Positions 44,595-55,729 of a DNA stretch of 64,000 bases are shown piece after piece. Under the pieces are notes generated by a model, which saw nothing but the letters and a program-made list of their open reading frames with translations, did not search any database and had not been told where the DNA came from. The stretch comes from Alphaproteobacteria bacterium (GTDB taxonomy: Bacteria; Pseudomonadota; Alphaproteobacteria; UBA9219). Where the stretch lies: assembly GCA_009779745.1 (NCBI GenBank), contig WRDR01000004.1, positions 3,713 to 67,712 of the forward strand, given 5' to 3'. Positions within the stretch are counted from its first letter, which is position 1. The number at the start of each line of letters is the position of its first letter. The translations under genes were made by a program, and so were the position numbers.

Positions 44595-46567
44595 GCACTC
44601 ACTCCTAAACTCCTCACTTCTTGATTGTACTCATCTCCATTTCCAATTTTCCATTTTACATTTTCCATTTTCTCAATGTGCTCCTCCGGCAGTTCGTCTA
44701 TAAACCTAGACGGAACAGGTCTTATCCAGTGCCCATACAAAAATCTGTTTGCTGCGCATGATATGTATGCCTTCTTTTTTGCTCTGGTTATTCCCACATA
44801 TGCAAGCCTTCTTTCTTCTTCCAGCCCTGCTATTCCGTGCTCATCTATGGCTCTTTTGCTGGGAAACAAATCTTCTTCCCACCCGGGCAGAAACACTATT
44901 TCAAATTCCAGCCCCTTGGCTCCGTGCAGCGTCATGATGCTGACCTGATCTCCGAACGTGTTTTCAGCCGCCTCCATAACAAGGCTCACATGCTCAAGAA
45001 ACGCATTTATGTTTTCGAACTCCGATATAGCATGTATAAGCTCTTTCAGGTTTTCTATCCTGGATTCGGACTCCGGCGACTTATCCGCAACAAGAGCCGC
45101 CATATATCCGGACTCATCAAGCACCATTTCTGCCACTTCCGAATGAGGCAGCGAAGAAAGAAGCCCCCTCCACCTCTGAAAGCCTTTCACAAAGTCTGAT
45201 AAAGAGTGTTTTAATTTCGGCTTAAGAGTATCGGTTTCAATCAACTGTCCTGCCGCAGCCATCAAAGAAATATTATACTCTCTCGCAGTACTTTGTATAA
45301 TCTTCAATGACGCTTCGCCTATTCCTCTTTTGGGCGTATTGATTATTCTCTCAAATCCCAAATCATTATCGGAAGACACTAATAACCGCAGATACGCTAT
45401 AGCGTCCCGTATCTCTGCCCTCTCGTAAAATCTGGCTCCTACCAGCACTCTGTACGGCAGTCCGATTTGAATAAAACGCTCTTCAATAACTCTGGTCTGA
45501 AACCCTGCCCTGACCATAACCGCTATTTCGTTAAGCCTAGTTCCTCTGTTATTCAAAAGCTCTGTCTCATCGGATATGTATCTGGTTTCCTCTCTGTCAT
45601 CAAAAAAACTCTGCACAGAAACTTTTTCGCCGTCCTCTGCCGCTGTCCACAGAGTCTTTCCCAGCCGCATATTGTTATTAGAAATCAAACCGGACGCCGC
45701 ACCCAGTATATGTCCTCCGGATCTATAATTCTGTTCAAGCCTTATGACTTTTGCATTAGGGAAATCCTCTTCAAACCTAAGAATATTTCCAACTTCTGCG
45801 CCCCTCCACCCGTATATAGACTGATCCTCATCTCCCACACAGCAAATGTTCTTATGCGATTGCGCCAAAAGCCTCAGCCATAAATACTGTACGGTATTCG
45901 TATCCTGATACTCGTCTACCATAATGTACTTAAACCTGCGCTGCACAGAAGCCAGAATATCCGGATTCTCTCTAAGCACAGTCAAATGATGCAAAAGCAA
46001 ATCTCCGAAATCGCACGCATTTAAAGTCTTCAGCCTTTCCTGATACGTGTCATACACCGCTCCCATTTTGCCGTCTGCAAACGAACCCTTTTCATTCATA
46101 ACGTCCTTAGGCAGCCTAAACTTATCCTTCCACCTGTTGATTATCGCGGCTGCAATCTTCGGCTGATATTTTTTCTCGTCTATGTCCAACGCCAAGAATA
46201 TCTGTTTAACCAGCCGTATCTGGTCGTCCTCGTTCAGAATAGTAAAATTATCTCTCAAGCCCACAAGCCCTGCATGAGGTCTGAGCAGCCTCAACGCCAA
46301 AGAGTGAAACGTACCGATAAACCAGCCGTCTACAGACATAGACAGGAGCTCGGAAACTCTGTTCTTTATCTCGTTCGCAGATTTGTTGGTAAATGTGACT
46401 CCCAGTATCTGAGACGGGAAAACATTTTCGGTTTTCAGCAGATGCACGAACCTAACAGTAAGAACTTTAGTCTTTCCTGTCCCTGCTCCGGCCAAAACAA
46501 GCACCGGACCTTCCGTGGCTTTAACTGCCTCTTGCTGAGCAGGATTTAGGGAGTCTAGGTATTTCAT
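44549..46567 (-). CDS. uvrD: UvrD/Rep-family ATP-dependent DNA helicase
   Basis: The Walker A motif (VLAGAGTGKTKVLTVR), DEYQDTN and helicase motifs III-VI are present. The protein is 672 aa. The C-terminal codons (…KWKIGNGDEY…) are encoded by the GGAAAAT repeat array, so the true stop may be assigned with less certainty. Confidence 0.9.
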   Translation of the reverse strand: MKYLDSLNPAQQEAVKATEGPVLVLAGAGTGKTKVLTVRFVHLLKTENVFPSQILGVTFTNKSANEIKNRVSELLSMSVDGWFIGTFHSLALRLLRPHAGLVGLRDNFTILNEDDQIRLVKQIFLALDIDEKKYQPKIAAAIINRWKDKFRLPKDVMNEKGSFADGKMGAVYDTYQERLKTLNACDFGDLLLHHLTVLRENPDILASVQRRFKYIMVDEYQDTNTVQYLWLRLLAQSHKNICCVGDEDQSIYGWRGAEVGNILRFEEDFPNAKVIRLEQNYRSGGHILGAASGLISNNNMRLGKTLWTAAEDGEKVSVQSFFDDREETRYISDETELLNNRGTRLNEIAVMVRAGFQTRVIEERFIQIGLPYRVLVGARFYERAEIRDAIAYLRLLVSSDNDLGFERIINTPKRGIGEASLKIIQSTAREYNISLMAAAGQLIETDTLKPKLKHSLSDFVKGFQRWRGLLSSLPHSEVAEMVLDESGYMAALVADKSPESESRIENLKELIHAISEFENINAFLEHVSLVMEAAENTFGDQVSIMTLHGAKGLEFEIVFLPGWEEDLFPSKRAIDEHGIAGLEEERRLAYVGITRAKKKAYISCAANRFLYGHWIRPVPSRFIDELPEEHIEKMENVKWKIGNGDEYNQEVRSLGVSAYSPSLAKGWQSRSD
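44636..44672 (-). repeat. Heptamer array (inverted orientation) within / after the uvrD 3' end
   Basis: The array reads ctccatttccaattttccattttacattttccattttc. Confidence 0.8.
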
Positions 46568-46588
46568 GTCATCAGAATTAAAGGTTAG

Positions 46589-46613
46589 GAATGGAAAATT
46601 GAAAATGGAAAAT
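46589..46613 (+). repeat. Heptamer array, left flank of the four-helix-bundle gene
   Basis: The array reads ggaatggaaaattgaaaatggaaaatt. Confidence 0.8.
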
Positions 46614-46993
46614 TATTTTATATTTTTAGCGGTTTTATTGACTATTGCCGTGAGCAATTTCTCCAGTTCAACACAATCATTATAAATTGACTCTTTCATT
46701 TTAGAGTCAATATAATCAGTTGCAGCAAGTAATTTAATCCAATATTTTGTTTCGCTGCATTCTTTAAGTGAAATATTCATTTTCATCAAAAAGTCTTTTT
46801 TGCTTTGCCCTTGCTGAACCTCTGAAACGTTCGCTCCAATACTTGTACCACTTCTTAAAATCTGTTTCGACAAAACATATTCTTTCTTGTTATTAGCCAA
46901 ATATTGATATAATTTGACAATCCTAACAGCAAAAGCAAAACTTTTATCACTAACAATATTTTCTTTTTTTAATTTTCCATTTTCCATTTTCAA
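46613..46993 (-). CDS. Four-helix-bundle protein (23S rRNA intervening-sequence protein family, TIGR02436-like)
   Basis: The segment KSFAFAVRIVKLYQYL…QILRSGTSIGANVSEVQQGQSKKDF…ISLKECSETKYWIKLL is the signature of this family. The gene is bracketed by inverted GGAAAAT arrays. Confidence 0.7.
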   Translation of the reverse strand: MKMENGKLKKENIVSDKSFAFAVRIVKLYQYLANNKKEYVLSKQILRSGTSIGANVSEVQQGQSKKDFLMKMNISLKECSETKYWIKLLAATDYIDSKMKESIYNDCVELEKLLTAIVNKTAKNIK

Positions 46994-47004
46994 TTTTCCA
47001 TTTT
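46971..47004 (-). repeat. Heptamer array (inverted), right flank of the four-helix-bundle gene
   Basis: The array reads taattttccattttccattttcaattttccatttttt. Confidence 0.8.
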
Positions 47005-48051
47005 TTCAACAGCACAAACAGCCCTGTTCCTGCCGAGCTGTTTTGCCTTATACAATGCCGTGTCCGCCCGCGCAATGAAAGACAGGACATCTTCCTGCTT
47101 TGAGAGTTCCGCAACACCCAGCGAAATTGTAACGGTTCCAAGAACAACATTAGCTCCGCGCTTAGTAATCTTCTTAGTCGCAAGACTTGTCCTTAGAACC
47201 TCTGCAACGCGCTCTGCCGAATGCAGCGGCGTGTCCGGCAGTATGATAACGAACTCTTCTCCGCCATATCTGGCAATCACGTCTTTTCCCTTTAGGTTTT
47301 CAACCAGCGTCCTTGCAACCAAACGCAGCACTTGGTCTCCTACTATGTGTCCGTGAGTGTCGTTGAATTTTTTGAAATGGTCTATGTCTATCATGAGCAA
47401 AGAAAGAGGCATCTGAGACTGCCTGCTCTCATCAACCAAACGAACGCTTTCCTGATCAAAATAGCTCCTGTTCCATAACTCGGTCAAACCGTCTACCTGA
47501 GCTTTGCGGTGAGCCTTATTAAAATCGCTGCGGGCAACAGCAAGCTGTTCCGAAGCACTGTCAAGCTCTTGCTGAAGCTGTTTGTTTTGAACCATAATCT
47601 TACGGGTGTCTTCCGCTATACTGGCAACAGCCTCTCTTAAAAATTCTATAGAATTGCTTCCTTTCAGCTTTCCGGAAAAATCACTTAATCTGTCTCCGAA
47701 TTTATCGTTCTCTTCCGCGTTTGCAGCCAGCATATTCAGCATTTTCGAGATTTCTTTATTGAGCACTTCGTCTACATTTTTAATAATCTCTATTTCATTA
47801 TTTACAAATATATACTTGTTGCACAAAAGGACGCACATAGGCTGAGTCATGCCGCCCTCTGCGGCTATTTTATCGAATTCCCTGTTAAGCTCCGGATTAT
47901 TGCCGAGAATCCGCTCGTAATACACGGCATAGACCTGAGGAGTAGGCTCCAGCCCGTCCTTTGCTATGGCTTCCAAGGCATATCTTGAAACCACTTTGCA
48001 AGTAGTAACATTTACCTCTATGTTGTCGTGATTTTTGTCTAAAATATCCAA
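46990..48051 (-). CDS. GGDEF-domain diguanylate cyclase with an N-terminal domain of unknown type
   Basis: The GGEEF active-site motif (RYGGEEFVIIL) and RxxD-like context are present. The protein is 353 aa with a coiled-coil linker. Confidence 0.8.
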   Translation of the reverse strand: MDILDKNHDNIEVNVTTCKVVSRYALEAIAKDGLEPTPQVYAVYYERILGNNPELNREFDKIAAEGGMTQPMCVLLCNKYIFVNNEIEIIKNVDEVLNKEISKMLNMLAANAEENDKFGDRLSDFSGKLKGSNSIEFLREAVASIAEDTRKIMVQNKQLQQELDSASEQLAVARSDFNKAHRKAQVDGLTELWNRSYFDQESVRLVDESRQSQMPLSLLMIDIDHFKKFNDTHGHIVGDQVLRLVARTLVENLKGKDVIARYGGEEFVIILPDTPLHSAERVAEVLRTSLATKKITKRGANVVLGTVTISLGVAELSKQEDVLSFIARADTALYKAKQLGRNRAVCAVEKMEN

Positions 48052-48149
48052 AATTCATCTCCGTTTTTCGAACGCCTAAGAATCACTATAACACATTAAT
48101 GCGGAATGTGAAATTAGGAATGAGGAAATAGAAATTAAAAAATTATAGC

Positions 48150-48392
48150 ATTTACCGAAAATCTGGTTTATAGCTATCAACGTGGCAGACTTGTATAGTA
48201 CTGACGACTGCCATGAGGACTGAAACCCTCACCTCAGTTACTCCGTATGGTAGCGGAGCCGTAAAATACCCTCCAACTTCGGTTGGAGGGTCGCAAAATA
48301 AGGCGGCTCGTCCGCCGAATATGCACACTATCCTGAGGATAGGTTTCAGCCTCCAACCGCTTATCGTCAGGGCGGAATCACTCGGAGGAAGC
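48150..48392 (+). other. Highly structured ~240-nt leader / candidate RNA element upstream of the XRE pseudogene
   Basis: A perfect 9-bp hairpin with a UUCG tetraloop (ccctccaac-ttcg-gttggaggg) and the hairpin ggcgg-ctcgt-ccgcc are present. A long-range stem forms between gaggactgaaaccctcacctcag and cctgaggataggtttcagcctc. The element ends in the SD GGAGG 6 nt before the ATG at 48393. Confidence 0.35.
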
Positions 48393-48715
48393 ATGGACAA
48401 AAAACTGGAAGAACGAAAGCTTAATATTACATTTGGCAAAGCCATGAAAGTTGCCAGACTTGCAAAAGGCTTGTCTCAAGAAGATGTAGCGGAAAAACGC
48501 ATATCAGGGATATCCTTAAAGGAGAAACAGATAACGATAAAATCGTTGATATCATTTACGATGTAATATGTGCTGTTGACGGCTTGGTGCCAGCGTTTAT
48601 TATTAATCCTTATTCCGGTTGCTTTATCCTATATTCAGGACCGGATCAAAAGTTCTCGGAAGCAGAAATGTTGAAGGATTTTATTGGTACAAAAGTATAC
48701 AACCCTAAATTATAG
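48393..48715 (+). pseudogene. XRE-family HTH regulator, frameshifted
   Basis: The protein reads MDKKLEERKLNITFGKAMKVARLAKGLSQEDVAEK, then a +1 shift at the A5 run (48493-48497) leads into HIRDILKGETDNDKIVDIIYDVICAV…KL*. Restoring one A gives a contiguous HTH (…GLSQEDVAEKTHIRDILKGE…). Confidence 0.55.
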
Positions 48716-48784
48716 AAATTCGACAGATTAAGAAGCAACAGCTCCAGAGCCAAAAAACAGGCAAAAGAAAAAACGCCTCCGGCA

Positions 48785-51644
<2,860 letters not shown>

Positions 51645-51651
51645 TTAAAAC

Positions 51652-52431
51652 ATGCACATAGAAAAAGTCTGGGAACAAATAAAAATATCTGCGAAGCGTA
51701 TGGCGGAAGAGTCTCCTATACTGGCTAAGCTGGCTGAATCTGTTGTGCTTAACAGCCCTGATTTTAAAACTGCTCTCGGAAGAGTTCTATCCAGATACAA
51801 CAATGATACAACTGTTACTGCCGGCCAGTTGTTTGATTTGTTTGAATCTGTGTACTCTAAAGCTCCGGATATCATAGAGGCTGCTGCGTACGATATTCTG
51901 GCGGTACTGGACAGAGACCCGGCAGCGACCGATATAGCATATCCCTTTTTTCACTTCAAAGGCTTTCACGCCTTGCAAACATACCGCATATCTAATTTTC
52001 TGTGGAAGCAGGGACAGAAAGATACTGCCGTATTCCTGCAAAACAGAAGCAGCATGTTATATTCCGTAGACATTCACCCGGCTGCGAAAATAGGCAAAGG
52101 GATTTTGCTGGATCATGCGCACAGCGTAGTCATAGGAGAAACTGCGGTTATAGAGGATAATGTGTCTATGCTGCATGAAACAACGCTGGGCGGCAACGGC
52201 AAGGACAGAGGCGACAGGCACCCGAAGGTTCGGCAGGGCGTAGTCATAGGCGCAGGAGCAAAAATACTGGGCAACGTCACAATAGGCAAGAATTCCAGCA
52301 TAGCCTCCGGCAGTGTCGTGCTGGAAAATGTTGAGGAAAACACCACTGTGGCAGGAGTACCTGCAAAACTGGTAGGAAAAGCAAAACACGCTATGCCTTC
52401 CATGGAAATGGATCATACTTTGCCGTTATAA
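51652..52431 (+). CDS. cysE: Serine O-acetyltransferase
   Basis: The SATase N-terminal domain plus a hexapeptide-repeat C-terminus (GETAVIEDNVSMLHETTLGG…RHPKVRQGVVIGAGAKILGNVTIGKNSSIASGSVV) are present. The protein is 259 aa. Confidence 0.85.
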   Translation: MHIEKVWEQIKISAKRMAEESPILAKLAESVVLNSPDFKTALGRVLSRYNNDTTVTAGQLFDLFESVYSKAPDIIEAAAYDILAVLDRDPAATDIAYPFFHFKGFHALQTYRISNFLWKQGQKDTAVFLQNRSSMLYSVDIHPAAKIGKGILLDHAHSVVIGETAVIEDNVSMLHETTLGGNGKDRGDRHPKVRQGVVIGAGAKILGNVTIGKNSSIASGSVVLENVEENTTVAGVPAKLVGKAKHAMPSMEMDHTLPL

Positions 52432-52432
52432 A

Positions 52433-52466
52433 GGAAAGGAAAATGAAAAATTGAAAATGGAAAATA
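52433..52466 (+). repeat. Heptamer array downstream of cysE
   Basis: The array reads ggaaaggaaaatgaaaaattgaaaatggaaaat. Confidence 0.8.
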
Positions 52467-52520
52467 TGTAAAAATTACAAATTGTTAACAGACTATTCCT
52501 AATTCCTAATTTCACTTTTA

Positions 52521-52554
52521 ATTTTCCATTTTCTATTTTCCATTTTCCATTTTA
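52521..52554 (-). repeat. Heptamer array (inverted) upstream of the Hsp70-like gene
   Basis: The array reads ttaattttccattttctattttccattttccatttta. It forms an inverted pair with 52433-52466 around a 55-bp spacer. Confidence 0.8.
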
Positions 52555-52603
52555 TATAATTATGCTATAAAGCTATGTTTATAATAAATAAATGGAAATA
52601 TAA

Positions 52604-55174
52604 ATGTACATAGGAATCGACTTAGGCACCTCAAACAGCTCTATAGCAGGCATTATTGACGGTAAACCCAGAGTTTTCCGCCCGGCAGACGGAGGCGAAG
52701 TTCTGCCCTCTATGATATATTTCGATAAAAGAAACCACAGATTGTTCGGACGCAGAGCATATGACAAAGCGTTAATATCTCCTGAAAATGTGATTTCCGG
52801 GTTTAAAAGGCTTATGGGTTCGGCAACTAAACTGGAAGTCAAATCGCTGAAACAGGAACTGTCGCCCGAAGAATGTGCCGCAGAAATCATAAGACAGCTT
52901 CTGGCTCAAGCCCAAACTGAAACAGGCAATGAGAAAATAGACGGAGCAGTCATTACTATTCCGGCATCTTTCAATCAGACGCAATCTCAGGCAACATTAA
53001 AAGCAGCGCAAATGGCCGGGCTCGAAAGAGTGGACCTTTTGCAGGAACCAATAGCAGCCGCTATAGCCTCTATGCAGGGCGCAAAGAGATCCGGAAAGTT
53101 TATAATATACGACCTCGGCGGAGGAACTTTCGACATAGCTCTGGCACAAGCAATGAACGGAGACGTGACTATACTGGCGCATCAAGGCATCAACATGCTG
53201 GGCGGGCGTGATTTTGACAGAATGATAGTGAAGAATATCGTAAGACCTTGGCTTGAGAAAATGTTCTCATTGCCTAAGGGTTTTGCTGCGAAAAAAGAGT
53301 ATGTAAAAGTGCTCAGAATAGCGCAGCTCGCAGCGGAAAAAGCAAAGATAGATTTATCTTCAATGGACAGCACCAGCATCATAGCCTCTGATGAAGAAAT
53401 AGGAGTGCAGGACCAGAACGGCTTGGAAATGTATCTGGACATACCGCTTTCTAAGGAACAGTTTAACGAGATAATCCGCCCTTACGTACTGAAGACCATA
53501 GATGTTATACGCAATATGTGCGAAGAAGCGGAGGTAAAGACTACGGACATAGACCGCATAGTCTTCATAGGAGGCTCCAGCAAAATACCTCTGATACGGG
53601 ATATAGTCGCCGCAGAACTGGATATTGCCGCAGATATGAAAACAGATCCCATGACTACTGTCGCAATAGGAGCTGCTTATTACTGCGAGAGCAGAGAGTG
53701 GTCTGTTGATAATAAAAGCTCTTCCGGTGCCGCTAAGAAAGCAACAGTATCGCAAGATGCGAAAGATAAGAAGTTTGAAATATCATATGCGTTCACTGCA
53801 AGAACTCCTAATGATAAATCTGAAATAACAGTGATATTGTCTAAGGAAAAGCCCGCAGATTTTAAGATAAAAATAAAGAATCAAGAGTGGGATTCCGGAA
53901 GCCTGCCTCTTATGGACGAACTCACAATACAGATTCCTCTGAATAATATAGGCGATAATGTTTTTGAAGCTCTAATTTTTGACAAGAACGGAAATGAACA
54001 GTCCGAGTATACTCAGAACATAACTATCAAAAGGCTTATAGCTACTGCCTCACAGATTCCCGCAGGGCATACCATAGCGATAAAAGTACGCAATCCGGAA
54101 ATTCAAACTGAAAATAAGCTGGTGAATATAATTACTAAGGGCGAGCTGCTCCCTACGCAAGGCGAGTGTTTTTTCGAGAGCACTAGGACTCTTAATCCGG
54201 GCAGGACCGGAAGCATAAGTTTCGAGCTGTTTCAGGTAGAGTATCAGGAAAACATAAATCTCAACTTGTGCATAGGAGCGTTTAGAATAGAAGCCTCCGA
54301 CTTGCCACCTAATACAAAAATAGAAAAAGGAACTCCGCTGATTTTTACGTGGGACATGAGCGAGAGCGGGATTCTGGAAGCGACAGTAACAATAAAAGCA
54401 TCGGACAGTAAAATAATAGAGCTGAAAACTCCTAAATTTTATGCGCCTCAGGCAGGACAGGTTTCTTTTGCAGGAGAAAGCGGCGTTACCTTTTCCAGAG
54501 AATTGATGAAGCGCGCATCTGAAGATTTAGGCGACCTCATAGCGGCAACAGGTCCTGATGCAGGAGCGGAAGTGAACATTTTAAAGATAAAACTGCAGGA
54601 ACAGGAAGAGCTGATTAATGACAATCCCAGTGATCCGGAAATCATATGCAAGATATGTGAAGAGATACGCTTCATACGTCAGGATATAGCAAAAATCGGC
54701 AAGATGTATTTCAAGGCTATGATGATACGAAGGCTTGGAAAACTGGAGGCGGTATTCAACAGAGTCGCAGGAGAGTTTGCCAGTGAAAAAGAGAAACAGT
54801 CTTTTAATACTTACAAAGATAAAATACACGATATACTCGATGAAATACATATAAAAGCAGATATTGACGGCAATTCGGCTATGGTATTAAAAGTGAAGAA
54901 GTATAAGGCGAAGATGAAGAGCCTGTTCTTCTCGATAGCATGGCGCAACGATGAATACATCAAGACTTGGTTTGAAAAGCTGGTTGAAGAAAAGTATATG
55001 TTTACGGATAAAACAGCTTATGAAGAGCTTCTCCGTCTTGGAAATGAGAGCATAGAAAAAGGCAATTTTGATAATCTGAGAGACATAGTGAAAAAATTGC
55101 TGGACGAGAGGATTTCTCTGAACGTGAGCGAAACCGCCGATGAGCTTGCGAATATAATCGCGAAGGCGGAGTAA
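52604..55174 (+). CDS. Atypical Hsp70-family protein: a canonical N-terminal actin-like ATPase domain fused to a ~480-aa non-canonical C-terminal region
   Basis: The Hsp70 NBD motifs are present: IGIDLGTSNS, IIYDLGGGTFDIAL and VFIGGSSKIPLIRD. No recognisable DnaK substrate-binding or lid sequence follows residue ~375. Instead there is a β-rich segment followed by a K/E-rich helical C-terminus. The total length is 856 aa, against ~640 for DnaK. Confidence 0.75.
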   Translation: MYIGIDLGTSNSSIAGIIDGKPRVFRPADGGEVLPSMIYFDKRNHRLFGRRAYDKALISPENVISGFKRLMGSATKLEVKSLKQELSPEECAAEIIRQLLAQAQTETGNEKIDGAVITIPASFNQTQSQATLKAAQMAGLERVDLLQEPIAAAIASMQGAKRSGKFIIYDLGGGTFDIALAQAMNGDVTILAHQGINMLGGRDFDRMIVKNIVRPWLEKMFSLPKGFAAKKEYVKVLRIAQLAAEKAKIDLSSMDSTSIIASDEEIGVQDQNGLEMYLDIPLSKEQFNEIIRPYVLKTIDVIRNMCEEAEVKTTDIDRIVFIGGSSKIPLIRDIVAAELDIAADMKTDPMTTVAIGAAYYCESREWSVDNKSSSGAAKKATVSQDAKDKKFEISYAFTARTPNDKSEITVILSKEKPADFKIKIKNQEWDSGSLPLMDELTIQIPLNNIGDNVFEALIFDKNGNEQSEYTQNITIKRLIATASQIPAGHTIAIKVRNPEIQTENKLVNIITKGELLPTQGECFFESTRTLNPGRTGSISFELFQVEYQENINLNLCIGAFRIEASDLPPNTKIEKGTPLIFTWDMSESGILEATVTIKASDSKIIELKTPKFYAPQAGQVSFAGESGVTFSRELMKRASEDLGDLIAATGPDAGAEVNILKIKLQEQEELINDNPSDPEIICKICEEIRFIRQDIAKIGKMYFKAMMIRRLGKLEAVFNRVAGEFASEKEKQSFNTYKDKIHDILDEIHIKADIDGNSAMVLKVKKYKAKMKSLFFSIAWRNDEYIKTWFEKLVEEKYMFTDKTAYEELLRLGNESIEKGNFDNLRDIVKKLLDERISLNVSETADELANIIAKAE

Positions 55175-55234
55175 TTCCACACTTCACATTAAAAAGAAAC
55201 ATTGACTTGTTGGATGTTTAATCATACCCTCCTA

Positions 55235-55501
55235 TTCGAATGCGGGGTACCCCCGTATTCTGAGTGCCTTAATTGGTGCAAGAGAGCATTAAACAGCTCA
55301 TACTAAACGCGGTACAGGAGCTACCGTTAAGTTAAGGAATACCCGCGCCTGGCGGTAGTGTCCTTTTGCCTGTGCTCCTCGGTCCTTTGTGGTCGGGGAG
55401 CCTGTGGTGTATGTTCAGAGGCTTGCCTTAAAGACCACGGGGTCATTCGTTTAGTATGATTGTTTAACTCTCCGGCCACCCTTTTAGGGTGGCTTTGTTT
55501 T
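55235..55501 (+). ncRNA. Candidate structured RNA (riboswitch-like leader or sRNA) ending in an intrinsic terminator
   Basis: A long-range 10-bp pairing forms between catactaaac (55300) and gtttagtatg (55451). Internal hairpins include cggta-caggagc-taccg and cgcc-tgg-cgg. The terminator hairpin gccaccc-tttta-gggtggc plus tttgtttt lies at 55475-55501, directly before the SD and ATG of a 35-aa peptide ORF. Confidence 0.35.
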
Positions 55502-55526
55502 ACGTGTAAACATGAAGGAGAATAAA

Positions 55527-55634
55527 ATGAAAACAGCACAATCTAAATTTCCGAGCAAAACCTTTTTAGCAACTCTTGCCCTTGTATTTTTCGTTGCTTA
55601 TGTTGTTTATTTTATTAAGTATTTGCTAAGCTAG
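55527..55634 (+). CDS. Small hydrophobic peptide (35 aa), putative single-pass membrane peptide
   Basis: A strong SD (aaggag) lies 7 nt before the ATG. The peptide reads MKTAQSKFPSKTFLATLALVFFVAYVVYFIKYLLS. It is below the ORF-track size cutoff. Confidence 0.35.
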   Translation: MKTAQSKFPSKTFLATLALVFFVAYVVYFIKYLLS

Positions 55635-55657
55635 ATTGAAAGGGTGAGCTGTCGACG

Positions 55658-55685
55658 TATTCCCCTTCGCCAGCGAAGGGGAATA
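55658..55685. repeat. Palindromic hairpin tattccccttcgccagcgaaggggaata (second copy of the element at 44570-44589)
   Basis: Over 24 nt it is near-identical to the 44.5-kb copy. It lies between convergent genes (peptide ORF + / dapB −). Confidence 0.7.
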
Positions 55686-55729
55686 TTCTCTCACAGCAAC
55701 CACCAATTCCTAATTCCATATTTCAAATT

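Noticed and set aside
48150-48420. Possible tmRNA, RNase P RNA or SRP RNA, given strong secondary structure and a GTCAGG…GGAGGAAGCA string resembling SRP domain IV.
   Set aside because: No tmRNA tag-ORF (ANDN…AA) or T-arm/CCA was found. No RNase P P4 GGAAAGTCCGG or ACAGAA motif was found. The GGAGG is positioned as the Shine-Dalgarno for the ATG at 48393.
55204-55230. σ70-like promoter (TTGACT…) for the structured RNA.
   Set aside because: A −35-like hexamer is present, but no well-spaced TATAAT-like −10 could be placed 16-18 nt downstream, so I did not annotate it as a feature.
55235-55505. tmRNA, either two-piece or standard, or RNase P RNA.
   Set aside because: I searched both strands for tag-peptide codons (gcaaacgac…), a GGTTCGANTCC-type T-arm with CCA, and RNase P P4 motifs, and none was found. 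The region is kept only as an unclassified structured RNA candidate.
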